Positions 14,855-31,775 of a DNA stretch of 64,000 bases are shown in pieces. Under the pieces are notes generated by a model. That model had not been told where the DNA came from. It ran no database searches and worked only from the letters and a program-made list of their open reading frames with translations. Both the position numbers and the translations under genes were made by a program. The stretch's first letter is position 1. Each line of letters begins with the position of its first letter. The stretch lies in NCBI RefSeq assembly GCF_009914755.1, contig NC_060946.1, one strand, 5' to 3'. The DNA comes from the human T2T-CHM13v2.0 reference genome, Homo sapiens.

Positions 14855-15458
14855 GAGAGCCAGATACATAGAGACAGAGAAGAGAGAGAGGCTGAGACAG
14901 ACACAGAGAGACAGATATAGAGAGACTGTGACAGAGACACAGAGAGATAAGGCAGAGAGATACAAAGAGACCCACAGAGAAACGGAAAAAATATATAGAG
15001 ACTGAGAGATAGAGACAGAGAGAGAGAGAGACAGAGAGAGATAGATAAAAATAAACACAGAGAGACAGAGAAACTTATATAGAGACTGATAGAGACAGAG
15101 AGAGAGAGAGATACAGAGAGAGACAGAGAGATCAACACAAAGAGACCCACAGAGAAACAGATACACAGAGACTGAGATAGAGACAGAGACAGAGAAACAG
15201 AGAGAGAGGTAGAGACAGATAGACAGAAACAGACCCCCAGAGAGAGAGAAACAGATACAGAGAGACAGAGAGATAGTGACGGAGATAGAGAGACAGAGAT
15301 ACATAGAGACAAATAGACACAGAGAGATAGAGACAGAGAGTGATAGAGACAGACAAAGATATATAGAGATACAGAGACAGAAAGACAGATATACATAGAC
15401 AGACACAGAGAGATAGAGACAAACAGAGACATAGAGAAACAGATAGAGACATAGAGAG
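14855..15458 (+). repeat. ~600-bp degenerate (GA)/(AGAC)/(AGAT) purine-rich simple repeat
   Basis: Read directly; produces the low-complexity SLSV/CLSL ORFs. Confidence 0.95.
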
Positions 15459-16362
15459 CCAGGCACAGAGAACAGGCCCTGCTGAGCACCAGCTGTGGAT
15501 GTGGCAGCACTCAGTCTTACCACCTTCAGTTGCCCACGGCCCCCTGCCTAAGGCAGGGCAGATGGCCAGCTGGGCAGTGCTTCTGGTGGCTGAGTGCTGC
15601 CCTACTGAGTAATTGGGTGAGTTCCCTCTGGAAAGCAGAGAAAGCAAAGTGAATAGGTGTCTGAAACTCATCACATCCAAGACAGAACTCCTGGGGTCCT
15701 GCCACCTCCACTGCAAACTGCTCCTCTCCCACCCTCCTTATCTCAGGAAATGACCCCACTAGGTGTTCAAACTAAAAATGTAGGAGTCTTCTAGGATTCC
15801 TCCCTTCCTCTCACCTCCCAGACCCCGACCACCACCAACCCTTATCTTTAAAACAGCCCCGGAATCCATCTCCTTTCAACTCCCTGGTTATCACTGGGAG
15901 CCAAGCCACCGACATCTCCCCACTGGACAAAGGCAGCTCTCCTTTGGTTTCCTGCCTCCCCACGGGTTCTCCCTGTTTACTCTTCACAGGCAGCTGCCCC
16001 CTTCTAATCCTTCTGTGTCCCCCTGTCCTTTGGGTAATTCAAGCTTCCTTCACAGCCTGAGGGCCCTCTTCCCCTTCTCATTTTCCACATCCGAGCTGTC
16101 CTTTCTCTTCTCAAATAAGCCAACCCCATTCCCCCAGCACCCCTGTCCCCCATGCCCTTCTCAGGTCTGTAAACCAAAATTAAAATCCTAAGCCCCCAAG
16201 CAACTGGCTGCATCCTTTCTTGGCCAAGAGGACCCCAGAGAAACCTGAAAAACTGAATTCCTGGCTGTGATGGGAAGGGAGGCCAGACATGTCCCATTCC
16301 ACGCCCTCCCTTTTGGAGTTTAGGCACAATGGACCAACATTAATGTTGAAAAAGAGATCATT

Positions 16363-16952
<590 letters not shown>

Positions 16953-17451
16953 GTTAAAAAGATCATTAGACTAACAAAATTTTAGTCTTTGTGACAATAA
17001 GGTACCAAATTATAAACAAGACCTGAGGCCACACAAGGCAAACATTAAGTCATGCCCTACAAACCATAAAATCCTGTTAAATTTTTTTTTTTAATTCATC
17101 CCATATAAGGTAGCTTACTTTCCAACCTGACTCTGGTGTCTTTACTGAAGCATTCCTTTAAGCCTTTAGACAAAGCTGGACTCTTTCAACCAACTGCCAA
17201 CTAAAGAATCTCTAAAACCCATCTATGATTTGTAAGCACCCCAACACCACCCGCCCCAGCTTCAAGATGTACTGCTTTTTTGTGCCGAACCAATGTATAC
17301 CTTCCATGTGTTGATTTATGATTTTACTTATATTTCCTGTTTCCATGAAATGTATGAAACCAAACTGTAACCTGATGGCCTCAGGCACACGTTCTCAGGG
17401 CCTCTCGACTGCTCTCTAGGCCTAGGTCACCCACGTGTGCTCAGAATAAAC

Positions 17452-17888
<437 letters not shown>

Positions 17889-18339
17889 TAACCCCCAGCA
17901 CCTCTCACCCTTAACTACGCACTTCTTCCATTATCCCACGGTATTTTCTGTTTAGCCAGAGGGCTTTATTTCCTGTCAGACTCCCCCATGGAATGGCCTG
18001 GGACCCTTCTCACTCAGCCCCCTAGTCTCAGTGCCTCACCCAGGGCCTGCACACAGAACTCACTAGGGGCCAATGTCTTGGGGGACTCTGGGTGTCCAGG
18101 AGGTCATGGGCTCTGGGCTGGTAGAAACAGTTTCTGGGAGAGAGATTCCTGTGGAATAACAGCACTGCGCACTGTGGCACTCCTACTCCAGCCTCTGCAA
18201 CTCTGATTAGCCAACGGGGAGACTAGGTGCAGACGAGGGAACAGACTTGTCCAGGGTCACTCAGCCAAGCAGACGCAAGGCCAAAGCCACAACACAGGTC
18301 TCCAAGGTACAATGATCACAATTAAAAACCATCACAATT

Positions 18340-18630
18340 AGCCAGGCACGGTGGTTCACGCCTATAATCCCAGCACTTTGGGAGGCTGAGGCGGGTGGAT
18401 CACCTGAGGTTGGGAGTTCAACATCAGCCTGGCCAACACAATGAAACCCCCATCTCTACTAAAAGTACAAAAATTAGCCCGGTGTGATGGTGCACACCTG
18501 TAATCCCAGCTACTCGGGAGGCTGAGGCAAGAGAATCACTTGAACCCAGGAGGCGGAGGTTGCAGTGAGTCGAGATTGTGCCACTGCTCTCCAACCTAGG
18601 TGACAGAGCAAGACTCTGTGTTAAAAAAAA
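18340..18630 (+). mobile_element. AluS with a (CA)n tail
   Basis: Full Alu. Confidence 0.95.
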
Positions 18631-18649
18631 CACACACACACACAATTAA

Positions 18650-18983
<334 letters not shown>

Positions 18984-19741
18984 AGTATGTACTACTTTCT
19001 AGTGACTCACTTCACCCTCTCTCCAGACGGGGAGCATTTTTCTCCTAAATAACTAAATAATAAGAACAACCATCATGTGGCTGTTTACTCAAGCACTGAG
19101 CGAATTACAAGCACCATATCATCATTCCTCACACAACCCCGTAAAGCAAAAACTATTTTTAACCCCATTTTACGCATGAGGAAACCAAAGCTCAGGGGGC
19201 TTCAGCAACTTGCAGAACATCATGCACCAGGGAAGAGGCAAATCTTGCCTTTGGATCTGTCTAGTCTATCTCGAGATGCAGCCCTTCAACCACTATGATA
19301 TCCTGGTCTGCTGCCCGGCCCTTGTGTCTCCTCTCCTGGTGCCAAGATCAGTAGGGTTCTCTTTGATACCTGATGCCTTCTGGGCAGGACTCTGTGGCAG
19401 CCACTGCAGTGCCCTTCACCTTGGGAGCCCAATCTGGTCACTGGCTCAGAAAATTCCATAAACAGCAGGCTCAGTGGCAAGTATGGGGACACGTTCCCCA
19501 TTTGTAGGCTAGCAACAGGCAGCTTTACTGCTGAAGGAAAGGAGTGGGGTGGGCATATTGTCACTAAAGGAAGCTGGGCGGTCACCAGCACTGGCTTTCT
19601 ATGCGACAGTAACAATAATAATGATGACGATGATAGTAATAATAATAATAATAGCAGCTATTCATTTAACGTTTCCTAAGTGCTAGGTACTATTTTAAAC
19701 TTTGTTCATATATTAAACCAATTAATCCTAACAGTTGTAGG

Positions 19742-20745
19742 TGGAAAGAAAAATTAAAAATCTCGGGACCCCCCCCGCCCCCCCGCCACCAAACTTCTTA
19801 TGCAAAAGGGACAGTTAAGCCCAGAAGCTGAGTCATTGCAACACCCTCTTCCAAATGAATAGCTGTTACATTATGCATCAGCCAGGTCCCCGTGGAAAGG
19901 TGGAAGGCCTCAGGCATCTGCAAAGGACTGCCCCCAAAGATCATTCAAAAGTGACCTTGGCTGCCCTCCCATAAACAAGGACGTGCCAAATGTAACTTTA
20001 GGTCCACGATCTAAATCAAGGTCTTTATTTTTATTTGAGACACGGTCTTGCCCTGTCACCCAGGCTGGAGTGCAGTAGCACGATCACAGCTGACTGCAGA
20101 CTCATACTCCTGGAGTCAAGTGATCCTCCCACATCAGCATCCTGAGTAGCTAGAACTATAGGCACGTACCACAAGGCCCAGATAATTTTTTATTTTTTAT
20201 TGTGGAGACAGGGGTCTTGATATGTTGCCTAAGCTGGTCTCAAACTCCTGGCCTCAAGTGATCCTCCTGCTTTCTGTCTACCAAAGTGTTGGGATTACAG
20301 GCATGAGCCACAGCACCAGCCTAAGTCTAGCTCTGATTCTACATTATAATAAGCTAATAACGTTGACTATAAGCTTATCTTCCCAGGTCCAGGACAAAGT
20401 CAAGACTCATTCTCCAACCACCCAGAGACATCCATAACTGACTCTTCCTTTACTCCTTTTTTCTCTTCATCATTCACCTTATCTTATGTAAAATGGAGAT
20501 TTACCGGGCACTAAGGAAAGTCTCACAAGAGTATAAGCATTTGCCTTACCGCCTACCTGCCCCTCTTCCTACATGCCTTCCTCCTCTTTAAGAAAATGTA
20601 TAAAGACTAAATTTCCTGAAAACCTCCTCGGAAAAGCAGCCTCAGATGTGTCTGTGGCTTATGTTTTTCCCAGACGTGCCCTGAAGCTGCCTTCATAAAC
20701 CTCGATGATTGAGACTTATGCTTCAGTCACTCATTTCAGTTGTCA
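19742..20745 (+). mobile_element. MER4-group ERV1 LTR (inner) containing an AluJ (20022-20321, minus)
   Basis: TG...CA termini with perfect 4-bp TSD TAGG (19738-19741, 20746-20749). Confidence 0.82.
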
Positions 20746-21116
20746 TAGGGGACCAGAATACGCTATCCCAAAATATACCACTTTGGCATAAGGATTATTT
20801 TGAGCTGAAGGCAGTTGAGAAGAAGCAGATATAAGAAAAGCTCTCTGCCCTCCCTGTGTTTGCCTAAAAGCAGGACAGAAATTTGCAAAGCTGATCCCCT
20901 AAACCTCCAGCAGAAAGGACAGAAATTAATCACTGATAACTTTAAACCCTCATCAGCCCAAGGCACCAGAGGCATCTATATAACGAACTTTACTGGCTTC
21001 TATCAGCTTCCCCATATATTTACTTTCCACAATTTGCTGCCCTGGAAATTCAAAATCCTTTTCTTTGTCTTGTCCCTTGTCTAAAAAAATTTTTTTAAAT
21101 GCTGTAAAGCCCAAGT

Positions 21117-21503
<387 letters not shown>

Positions 21504-22319
21504 TAAGTATATGCACCTCATAAACTTCTGTTTGTTTTTCTCTTGTTAATCTTTCATTAGTTTATTTACAGGGCCGCAGCCAATGCACCTAAGACAAATA
21601 GCAGAAAAAGTGGGTTTTTTCCTCCCATGTATGGCAATCCTTTGTTATTATCTCTGCTTCACATATGGAGAAAACTAAGGCTCAGAAAGGTGGCGTCACT
21701 TGCCCGCTTGCTGCCCAGATTTTTTGGGCCCAGATGTTCTGGCTCCAAAGTCTGAGCTCCTTTCTCCCCATACAACCTACCACTGGGCTTCTTTCCTCAT
21801 TTGAAATTGAGGGGCTCAGTCCTGAAGAACTCAGGTGCCTATCTTGATTCTCACTTTCAAGAGCAAGAACCAGACCCAGAAAAGTATTTTATTTCTCTGC
21901 TTTCCTTTATCCTGATTTCTAATAGTGTTTGTCAAACTATATTAATCATAGTCTGTTGCATTCTTGTACATGCCAGGCACTTGGCTAGGCAGTTTCCCTG
22001 CACTCTCTCTAGTGTTTCCAGCAATCCAATGAAGAAGCTTCTGTTATCCTGATTTTACGCTGAAGCATCCGAGACTCAGAAAGGTTCGGTAACTTGCCTA
22101 AGGTAACCCAGTGAAGAAGCCACTGGTGGGACTGCAGAGTCTAGAACTAACAGGCTTTTAACTACCAGTCCTGCCTGCTTGCCTGTGTCTTCTCCCCACA
22201 TTCCCACAGCGTCTGAGCTCCTCCAGAGGGAAAGGAAGGTGTTACCTGCACCTCCAGCTCTAGCAAGAGGCTGAGAAAATGCTAGATGGATTAATACTGA
22301 ATTAACAAATAAGTAGATG

Positions 22320-22500
22320 AAAGGCAGGAAAGAAAAGGAGAAGAAAGAGAAAAAGAAAGGTAAAAATTAGGATGGAAGAAAGTAAAGAAGAAAAATGCAG
22401 TGAATGAATAAAATAAGAATGCATGAAGTTAAAAAAAAGAAGGAATAAAAACAAAAGATCGAGAAAATGAAACCAGAAAAAAGAACTAGATTAAAAGAAT
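22320..22500 (+). repeat. GA/A-rich low-complexity tract
   Basis: Read directly. Confidence 0.75.
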
Positions 22501-23063
22501 ACCCAGGCAATCCGGTGCCCTGCTGGCTCTCTTTCTCATCAGGGGCTGCTGCCTCCCAGGCTCCCCACCAAAAGCTGCTTCCTGAGCCCTGGGAAGTGGC
22601 TGGGATTTTGCCAAACAGCAGTAATGCCCCCTTAGGCCAGGCACCAGGATCCCTAAGGTTGATGGCACGCCATAGGCAGAGGGAAGCAGAGCCTTCACAT
22701 CCTGGCATCAGATTCCACCAAAAGATCCCTAGCTGCTGTCACTTGCAGGCAAGGAAGGGATTTTTCACAGCCAGGATGGGGATTACTGCTGCGGCGCTGC
22801 CTCCTCCAGCTCTGCAGAAAACAGTCATTCCTGCTGCACTGTCTGGTTGAGCTGCTGAAGAAAAGCCGACTTGCCTTCCAGCCCACCCACGCTCTCTTAA
22901 CCTCCACTGTGAGCTCCGATTGAGCAATTCTCACATCCTTTCCCCCAGGGTCCAGACCTGCTTAGGGACACAATCCTTCTCAGAATGGCAGAAAAGCAAG
23001 CTCTGGGGGCCTTCAAGAAAGCCTCTAGGGCCACAGAACTGGGCATGACATCAGGACCCAAGA

Positions 23064-23364
23064 CTGCCCCATCCCCAGTGTGCTGCTGCACCCTACTTTA
23101 TTAAAGAGGCAGCCAGGAGTGGAAGGAGAAATCCAACGTTCCTGGAGCCCCTGCCACCAAACCCAAGGCAGCCAGTCATCCTATTTTACAGAAGAGTCAA
23201 GTTGGAAATCTTGAGTAAGAGTCAGATTAGAACTGAGCAGCTCTCGCACCCCTAAACTGTGCCATGATTAGCTGAGGTAGTGCACTACGAAACCCTGGCC
23301 AAAGGATCCCTGAGCTGCAGGCGGAAGCCCCGGGGCTGTTCTGGGGCTTCTGCATCTCTGCTCC
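23064..23364 (+). repeat. Copy 1 of a ~300-bp dispersed direct duplication
   Basis: ~90% identical by manual alignment to 27081-27383. Confidence 0.95.
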
Positions 23365-23814
23365 AAGTCCCTGGCACTCTGTTCTGCAAAACCTGCAACA
23401 GCAGAGCGGAGAGTTCTGGGCAGGAATTCCTGCTTCAAGTCCTCCAGGGCTCATCTCCCAGGGCCCCTTCTCCATAAAGCCTTTGAGATGCCTCCATCTG
23501 ACTCATCCTCAACATTCTGAAGATGAGCTATTCAGCAAGGACTCTGTGCACCAGGCTCCTGGCAATCCTGGGAGATGGGTGTCACCAATCCTATCGTATA
23601 GATAATGACATCAACACTTAACAGGGTGAGAAAGCATGTCTAAGGTCACCCGGGCAGTACGGTGTGGAGCCAGCATTCAAATTTAGGTCTACTTAACCCT
23701 AAAGTCCATGCTCAAAGCTACTATGCCATGATGCCTCCAGGAGGTGTTTTAGCCTGTATATTTTTATATTTATAACATTCTCTTACTTCCTTAAGCTCTT
23801 TATTCAAATGTGAC

Positions 23815-24144
23815 TTTTTTTTTTTTTTTTTTGAGACAGAGTCTCACCCTGTTACCCAGGCTGGAGTGCAGTGGCATGATCTTGGCTCACTGCAACCTCC
23901 GCCTCCTGGGTTCAAGCGATTCTCCTGCATTCAAGCGATTCTCCTGCCTCAGCCTCCTGAGTAGCTGTGATTACAGGTGCCTGCCACCACATCCGGCTAA
24001 TTTTTTGTATTTTTAGTAGAAACGGAGTTTCATCATGTTGGCCAGGCTGGTCTCGAACTCCTGACCTCATGTGACCTCATGTGATCCGCCCACCTTGACC
24101 TCCCAAAATGCTGGGATTACGGGCGTGAGCCACCGCGCCTGGCC
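23815..24144 (-). mobile_element. AluS with two internal micro-duplications, within L2
   Basis: TSD tcaaatgt(g/c)ac; ttcaagcgattctcctgc x2 and tgacctcatg x2. Confidence 0.93.
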
Positions 24145-24463
24145 TCAAATGTCACCTTTTTAAAGATGGTAGCCCTCCTCTCAACACCCCTCTCTCTTTC
24201 CCTGTATTTTCTCTGTCATACCCATTATCTAACATATTATATATTTACTTTTGTAGTGTATTACTTCTGTGCCCTTTCAACTTGTATGTGACCTAAACAA
24301 AGACAGGGATTTTTGCTTATTTTTTTCACTGTCATACATCCAGCACCTACCAGAAAGTGTTAGCTCATAGTAGATGGTCAAAAGATATTTGTGAAACAAA
24401 AAACCTGAGTGGCTCCATCTCTTGTATTATCACTGGTTTCTTAGATGTCTCTAGATTATACAC

Positions 24464-24690
24464 TTTTTTTTTCTTTTTTTTTTTGAGATGGAGTCTCCCG
24501 CTCTGTCGCCCAGGCTGGAGTGCAGTGGCGCGATCTCAGCTCACTGCCCGCCACCACACCCAGCTAATTTTTTTTGTATTTTTAATATATATTTTTTGTA
24601 TTTTTAATAGAGATTTTTGTATTTTAATAGAGATCCATGTTAGCCAGGATGGTCTCAATCTCCTGACCCCGTGATCTCCCGCCTCAGCCT
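24464..24690 (-). mobile_element. Rearranged, 5'-truncated Alu
   Basis: TSD gattatacacttttt; internal deletion; triplicated linker. Confidence 0.9.
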
Positions 24691-25012
24691 GATTATACAC
24701 TTTTTAAGGACAGGGATCCTACCAAATTCACCTCCATTCAGCCCCATAACAGAGAAAATGAGTTTATTCTGAGAGTGTGGACGAATGAAAGGGATGCTTT
24801 GACCCTCCCTTAATCTCTCTCAATCCCTAGCTCAAACATGCATCATGCCTTTCATGGACCACAGCAAAACTATGCATCCACTGCTCTCCATGCATCCAAT
24901 TAGTTCTCCTTCAAATCCACTTCCATATCACTGACTGTCACATTTTTTTCAAACGTAAGTTTAACCACATCATTCCCTACTGAAACACTACAGTTGCTCC
25001 TCGATATATGTC

Positions 25013-25696
<684 letters not shown>

Positions 25697-25723
25697 ATGT
25701 CCAAAGCTCCCATGTAGCACTAG

Positions 25724-26038
<315 letters not shown>

Positions 26039-26395
26039 TGCACTAGGAACTCTTTCTAACCTGTGCCAGCTTCATCTCCCACTAGGGCATCCTTGCACAG
26101 TAGCTCACTGACACTTATCCTCTTACCTGCCATGCATGTCATGCCTCTGCACATGCTGTGTCTGCTTCCTGGAATGCCATCCTTTTTCATTCACTCCAAA
26201 ATCCCTCCCCACCCCATTGGATTAATGAGCTCCAAGCATCTTTCAAAACCCAGCTCAGATATTAGCTTGCTCAGGAAGCCTCCCAGGTACTCCCTCTCTC
26301 CCCCTGCCAAAGGAAAGCTCAAACCTCTCTCCCAGATCATGCTGTACTCCTGCATTACCTGGAGGACTGCTGTGCAGCAAACTAAACCACTCAGC

Positions 26396-26712
26396 TGCTA
26401 AGGACTGAATGTGTGTGTCCCCCAAATTCATATGTTAAAACCGCAATCCCTAACGTGATGGTATTTAGAGATGAGGCCTTTGGAAGCTGATTAGGTCACA
26501 AGGATAGAGCCCTCATGATGGGGTTAATGCATTTACAAGAAAAGACACAGAGGTCGTTTCCTCTCTCATCTGCAAACCAGGAAAAAGGGCCCTCAAGCAG
26601 AACCTGACCAGTCTGGTACCCTGATCTCAGACTTCCCAGCCTCCCGAACTGTCTCTTGTTTAAGCTACCCAGTCTGTGGTAGTTTATTATAACAGCCCAA
26701 ACTGACTAAGAG
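26396..26712 (+). mobile_element. MLT1A-like MaLR LTR
   Basis: tgctaaggactgaatgtgtgtgtcccccaaattcatatg...aactgactaaga. Confidence 0.85.
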
Positions 26713-27080
26713 CCAACACAGTTGAGAACTTGGAAATAAAAGTGTGGGGGTCAGGGGCAGGAAAGGCCCCCAGACCCACCTGTCTACAGCACCTCTCTCT
26801 AAACCTTACAAAAAGAAGCAAAGCCCTTTAGTCACATGATTCTTCCTTAGTAAACAATACACGTATATTTCATCATTTGTTTTCCCAGACTTTAGCCAAA
26901 CGGACGTGGTAAATCAGAAAGAATCTTGCTGGAAGAAAGTACACTGGCTGCTTGAAGAGAAAGTGGAGAGAAAGATTTTGAAGAGCTCTAAAAACATAGT
27001 AATCCAGGGCCCTTTCTCGTAACAGCAAACAGTCTCACATAGAACAACCACTCTAAAGGGCAGTTGACACTGGGTCCCAC

Positions 27081-27383
27081 CTGCTCCTGTCCCCAGCATG
27101 CTGCTGCACCCTACTTTATTAAAGAGGCAGCCAGGAGTGGAAGGAGAAATCCGACGATCCTGGAGCCCCCCGCCACCCAATCCAAGGCAGCCAGTCATCC
27201 TATGTAACAGAAGAGTCAGGTTAGGAATCTTGAGTAGGAGTCAGGTTAGAACTGAGCAGCTCTCCCACCCCTAAACTGTGCCATGATTAGCTAAAGTAGT
27301 GCTCCATGAAGCCCTGGCCAAAGGATCCCTGAGCTGCAGGTGGAAGCCCTGGGGATGTTCCGGAGCTTCTGCCTCCCTGCTCC
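27081..27383 (+). repeat. Copy 2 of the ~300-bp dispersed direct duplication
   Basis: ~90% identical by manual alignment to 23064-23364. Confidence 0.95.
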
Positions 27384-27675
27384 CATGATATTCTCACACT
27401 TCCTACTGCTCTTTCAAGTCTCACAGGCCATATACCCTTTTGTTATTAACCAGACAAGAAGAAAGAAAAATAGAAAGTTTCAACCCAAGGACTAACATCA
27501 AAAAGAAAAATCTTTAGAACATAAAAGTGTATTATTGAAATAGTCCTTACTGGGACTAACTCTAAGAATACCACATAAGCTAGTGACTGGTCTATAGTAA
27601 GTACCTTATGTATGTTGTTGCTGCTGCTACTGCTTCTCCTCCTTCTCATACTCTAAAGATGCTCCTACAAGGTTA

Positions 27676-28506
<831 letters not shown>

Positions 28507-29281
28507 GTGCATTGAACTATGCTTTGCACACAGTGAGGATGCAACAACCTAGCAGTTAGGCCACAGGAAGATGTGGCTGCAGCATGCTCGGAAAGTGGGC
28601 AGGATGATGTACAAAAAGAAGATGTGGAGTCTGTGAGCTTCAACGCAGGCCCAAAGCGGTACTAGGTACAGTGCGTTCTTCCACCAATCTTCTGCCAACA
28701 CACCACCTCCAGCCAGCTGGTTCACTGTAGCAGTAGCTTTCCTCAAACATGCCTAGTCACGTGAGACTTTGACAGCACAACAGACATTCTGTCCACGTGG
28801 CTCTTGGACTGCCTGGTGTATTTCACCATGGCAGGCCCCCTGTTAATAACTGAGGAGCTGATGAATTGCTTCAATCACTTTAGACTCACAGACTCATTGA
28901 GCACAGGAGGTCAAGTGACTCCCATCCCATCCCTAAACAGACACGTGCTCTTTGATCAATCCTCATCACCTCACCCAACATAAGCTTATTCTAGCCTCTA
29001 GCCATTCTCTAACCTTATTCCAGACCTTCGCTTCTGCTTGTGCCTCTGCCTGGTTGTCATTTCTCCAACTTTCTCCAAGTCGGAATTCCTACTAAATGCT
29101 GAAATCCCATTTCAAACATCACCTTTTCTGTGAACTCTCCCCAGCTCCCCCTAGGGTTTCTCATAGTGGTTTCAACCAATCACCTACACAGAATTATTTC
29201 TGGTGCTTGCTAACTACAGGTCTCCTACTTGAGGGATCAGGGCCTAGCCACCTGCATTTTTAACAACCTTCCCAGATGATT

Positions 29282-29612
<331 letters not shown>

Positions 29613-29799
29613 TGAAAGCAGCTGTCCAGACAGCTAGCCTTGCAAACCTGACACTTAGTAATTTGGCCCTCACCTCTGCTCCCCTGATACTTTGCACATG
29701 ACCTGTGACAGCACACCTGGCTGTGTTCCAGGTGAACTGCTTAGAGTAAATCTCCTCTCTCCAGACTGGGAGCCACTTGAGGATAGAAACCTTGCCTGA

Positions 29800-30175
<376 letters not shown>

Positions 30176-30364
30176 CTACTTTCAAAAAAGAAATTCTTTT
30201 TTAACCACTTCTCACTTCTTTCACCCCAAGGACCTTAGTCTAGCCCATCATCATCTCTCCCCCATTAACTACCACAATGACCCACTCACTGATCCTATAG
30301 CTCCCACCTTTCCCCCACTATGGCTCTCTTAACACACAGCATTCAGAATGATTCTCTAAAAACA

Positions 30365-30878
30365 TGTCAAATATTTGCAAGTCACATATCCAAGAAAGTA
30401 CTGGTATATAAAGAATGCTAAAAGCTCAACAATAAAAAAAGCAATTAAAAAAAAAAACAAAAAACATGTAATAGACCTGAACAGACACTTCGCCAAAGAG
30501 AATATAGGAATGGTAAATATACACTTGAAAAGATATTCAACATAATTAGCAAATTAGGGAAATGCAAATTAAACCATTGAGATAGCACTAAACTATAAAG
30601 ACGGCTAAAATAAAAAATACCAACCACGCCAACTACTGATTCCAATGCAGAGCAACTGGAACTTTCATATGTTGTTGATGGAAATGCAAAATGACATGGC
30701 CACTCTAGAAATTAGTTTGGAAGTTTCTTATAAAGTTAAATGTAAACTTAGCACATATCCTAGCAATCCAACTCTTGGGTATTTACCTTAGAGAAGCAAA
30801 AACTCACATCCACACAAAAACCTAAATACAAATGTTTATAGCCGCTTTAGTCACAATCCTTAAAAACTAGAAACAACC
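30365..30878 (+). mobile_element. L1M fragment (ORF2 3' region)
   Basis: atttgcaagtcacatatcc...agggaaatgcaaattaaacc...ctagcaatccaactcttgggtatttacc. Confidence 0.88.
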
Positions 30879-31307
30879 TGGCTGTGTGCAGTGGCTCACA
30901 CCTGTAATCCCAGCACTTTGGGAGGCCAAGGCAGGCGGATCACAAGGTCAGGAGTTCGAGACCAGCCTGTCCAACATGATAAAACCTCGTCTCTACCCAA
31001 AATACAAAAAATTAGCTGGGCGAGGTGGAATCCCAGCACTTTGGGAGGCCGAGGCAGGTGGATCACGAGGTCAGGAGCTCGAGACCAGCCTGGCCAACAT
31101 GGTAAAACCCTGTCTTTACTAAAAATACAAACAAATTAGCTGGGTGTGGTGGCAGGCATCTGTAATCCCAGCTACTCGGGAAGCTGAGGCAGGAGACTAG
31201 CTTGAAGCTGGGAGGCGGAAGTTGCAGTGAGGTGAGACCACACCACTGCACTCCAGCCTGGGCAACAGAGCAAGTCTCTGTTTAAAAAAAAAAAAAAAAA
31301 AAAAAAA
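30879..31307 (+). mobile_element. Alu with a duplicated left monomer (trimer)
   Basis: Left arm and linker occur twice before one right arm. Confidence 0.9.
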
Positions 31308-31309
31308 AT

Positions 31310-31775
31310 CCAAACTCCTTTCCACAGCCCATGAGTTCCCACCAGGCCTGGCTTTGGGAACCTCTCTGAAGACATCTTCTCCAACTCTCCCTTCCCCCAC
31401 CTCTTACCTGTCCTGAGGTCCATCTGCTGTTCTCTCTGCCAGGTACTCTTTTCTACAGGTATTTCCAAAACTCACTCCCAAACATCACGGCTCTACTGAA
31501 ATATTTACTCCTTACACAGGTCTTCTTTAACTGACTTTTCTATAATAGTATCTATAATAGTATTTCCCTCATACTGTTTCGTTTTTCTTCATGGCACTCA
31601 TTACTAAGTGGCATCATATAATATATTTGTTTTGTGGTTATTTTCTACCTTTCCTCTGAGAATATAAGATGCATGAGGGTAACCTTATCTGTACTAGTCA
31701 CCAATACATCCCCAGCACTTAGAATCTGCCTATCACAGGATTAAAACTCCATAATATTTGTTGAATGAATGAATG
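31310..31775 (+). mobile_element. L2 3' end
   Basis: Ends ...atatttgttgaatgaatgaatga. Confidence 0.8.

Noticed and set aside
14613-15716. 120-235-aa minus-strand ORFs
   Set aside because: Translations of the GA-rich simple repeat.
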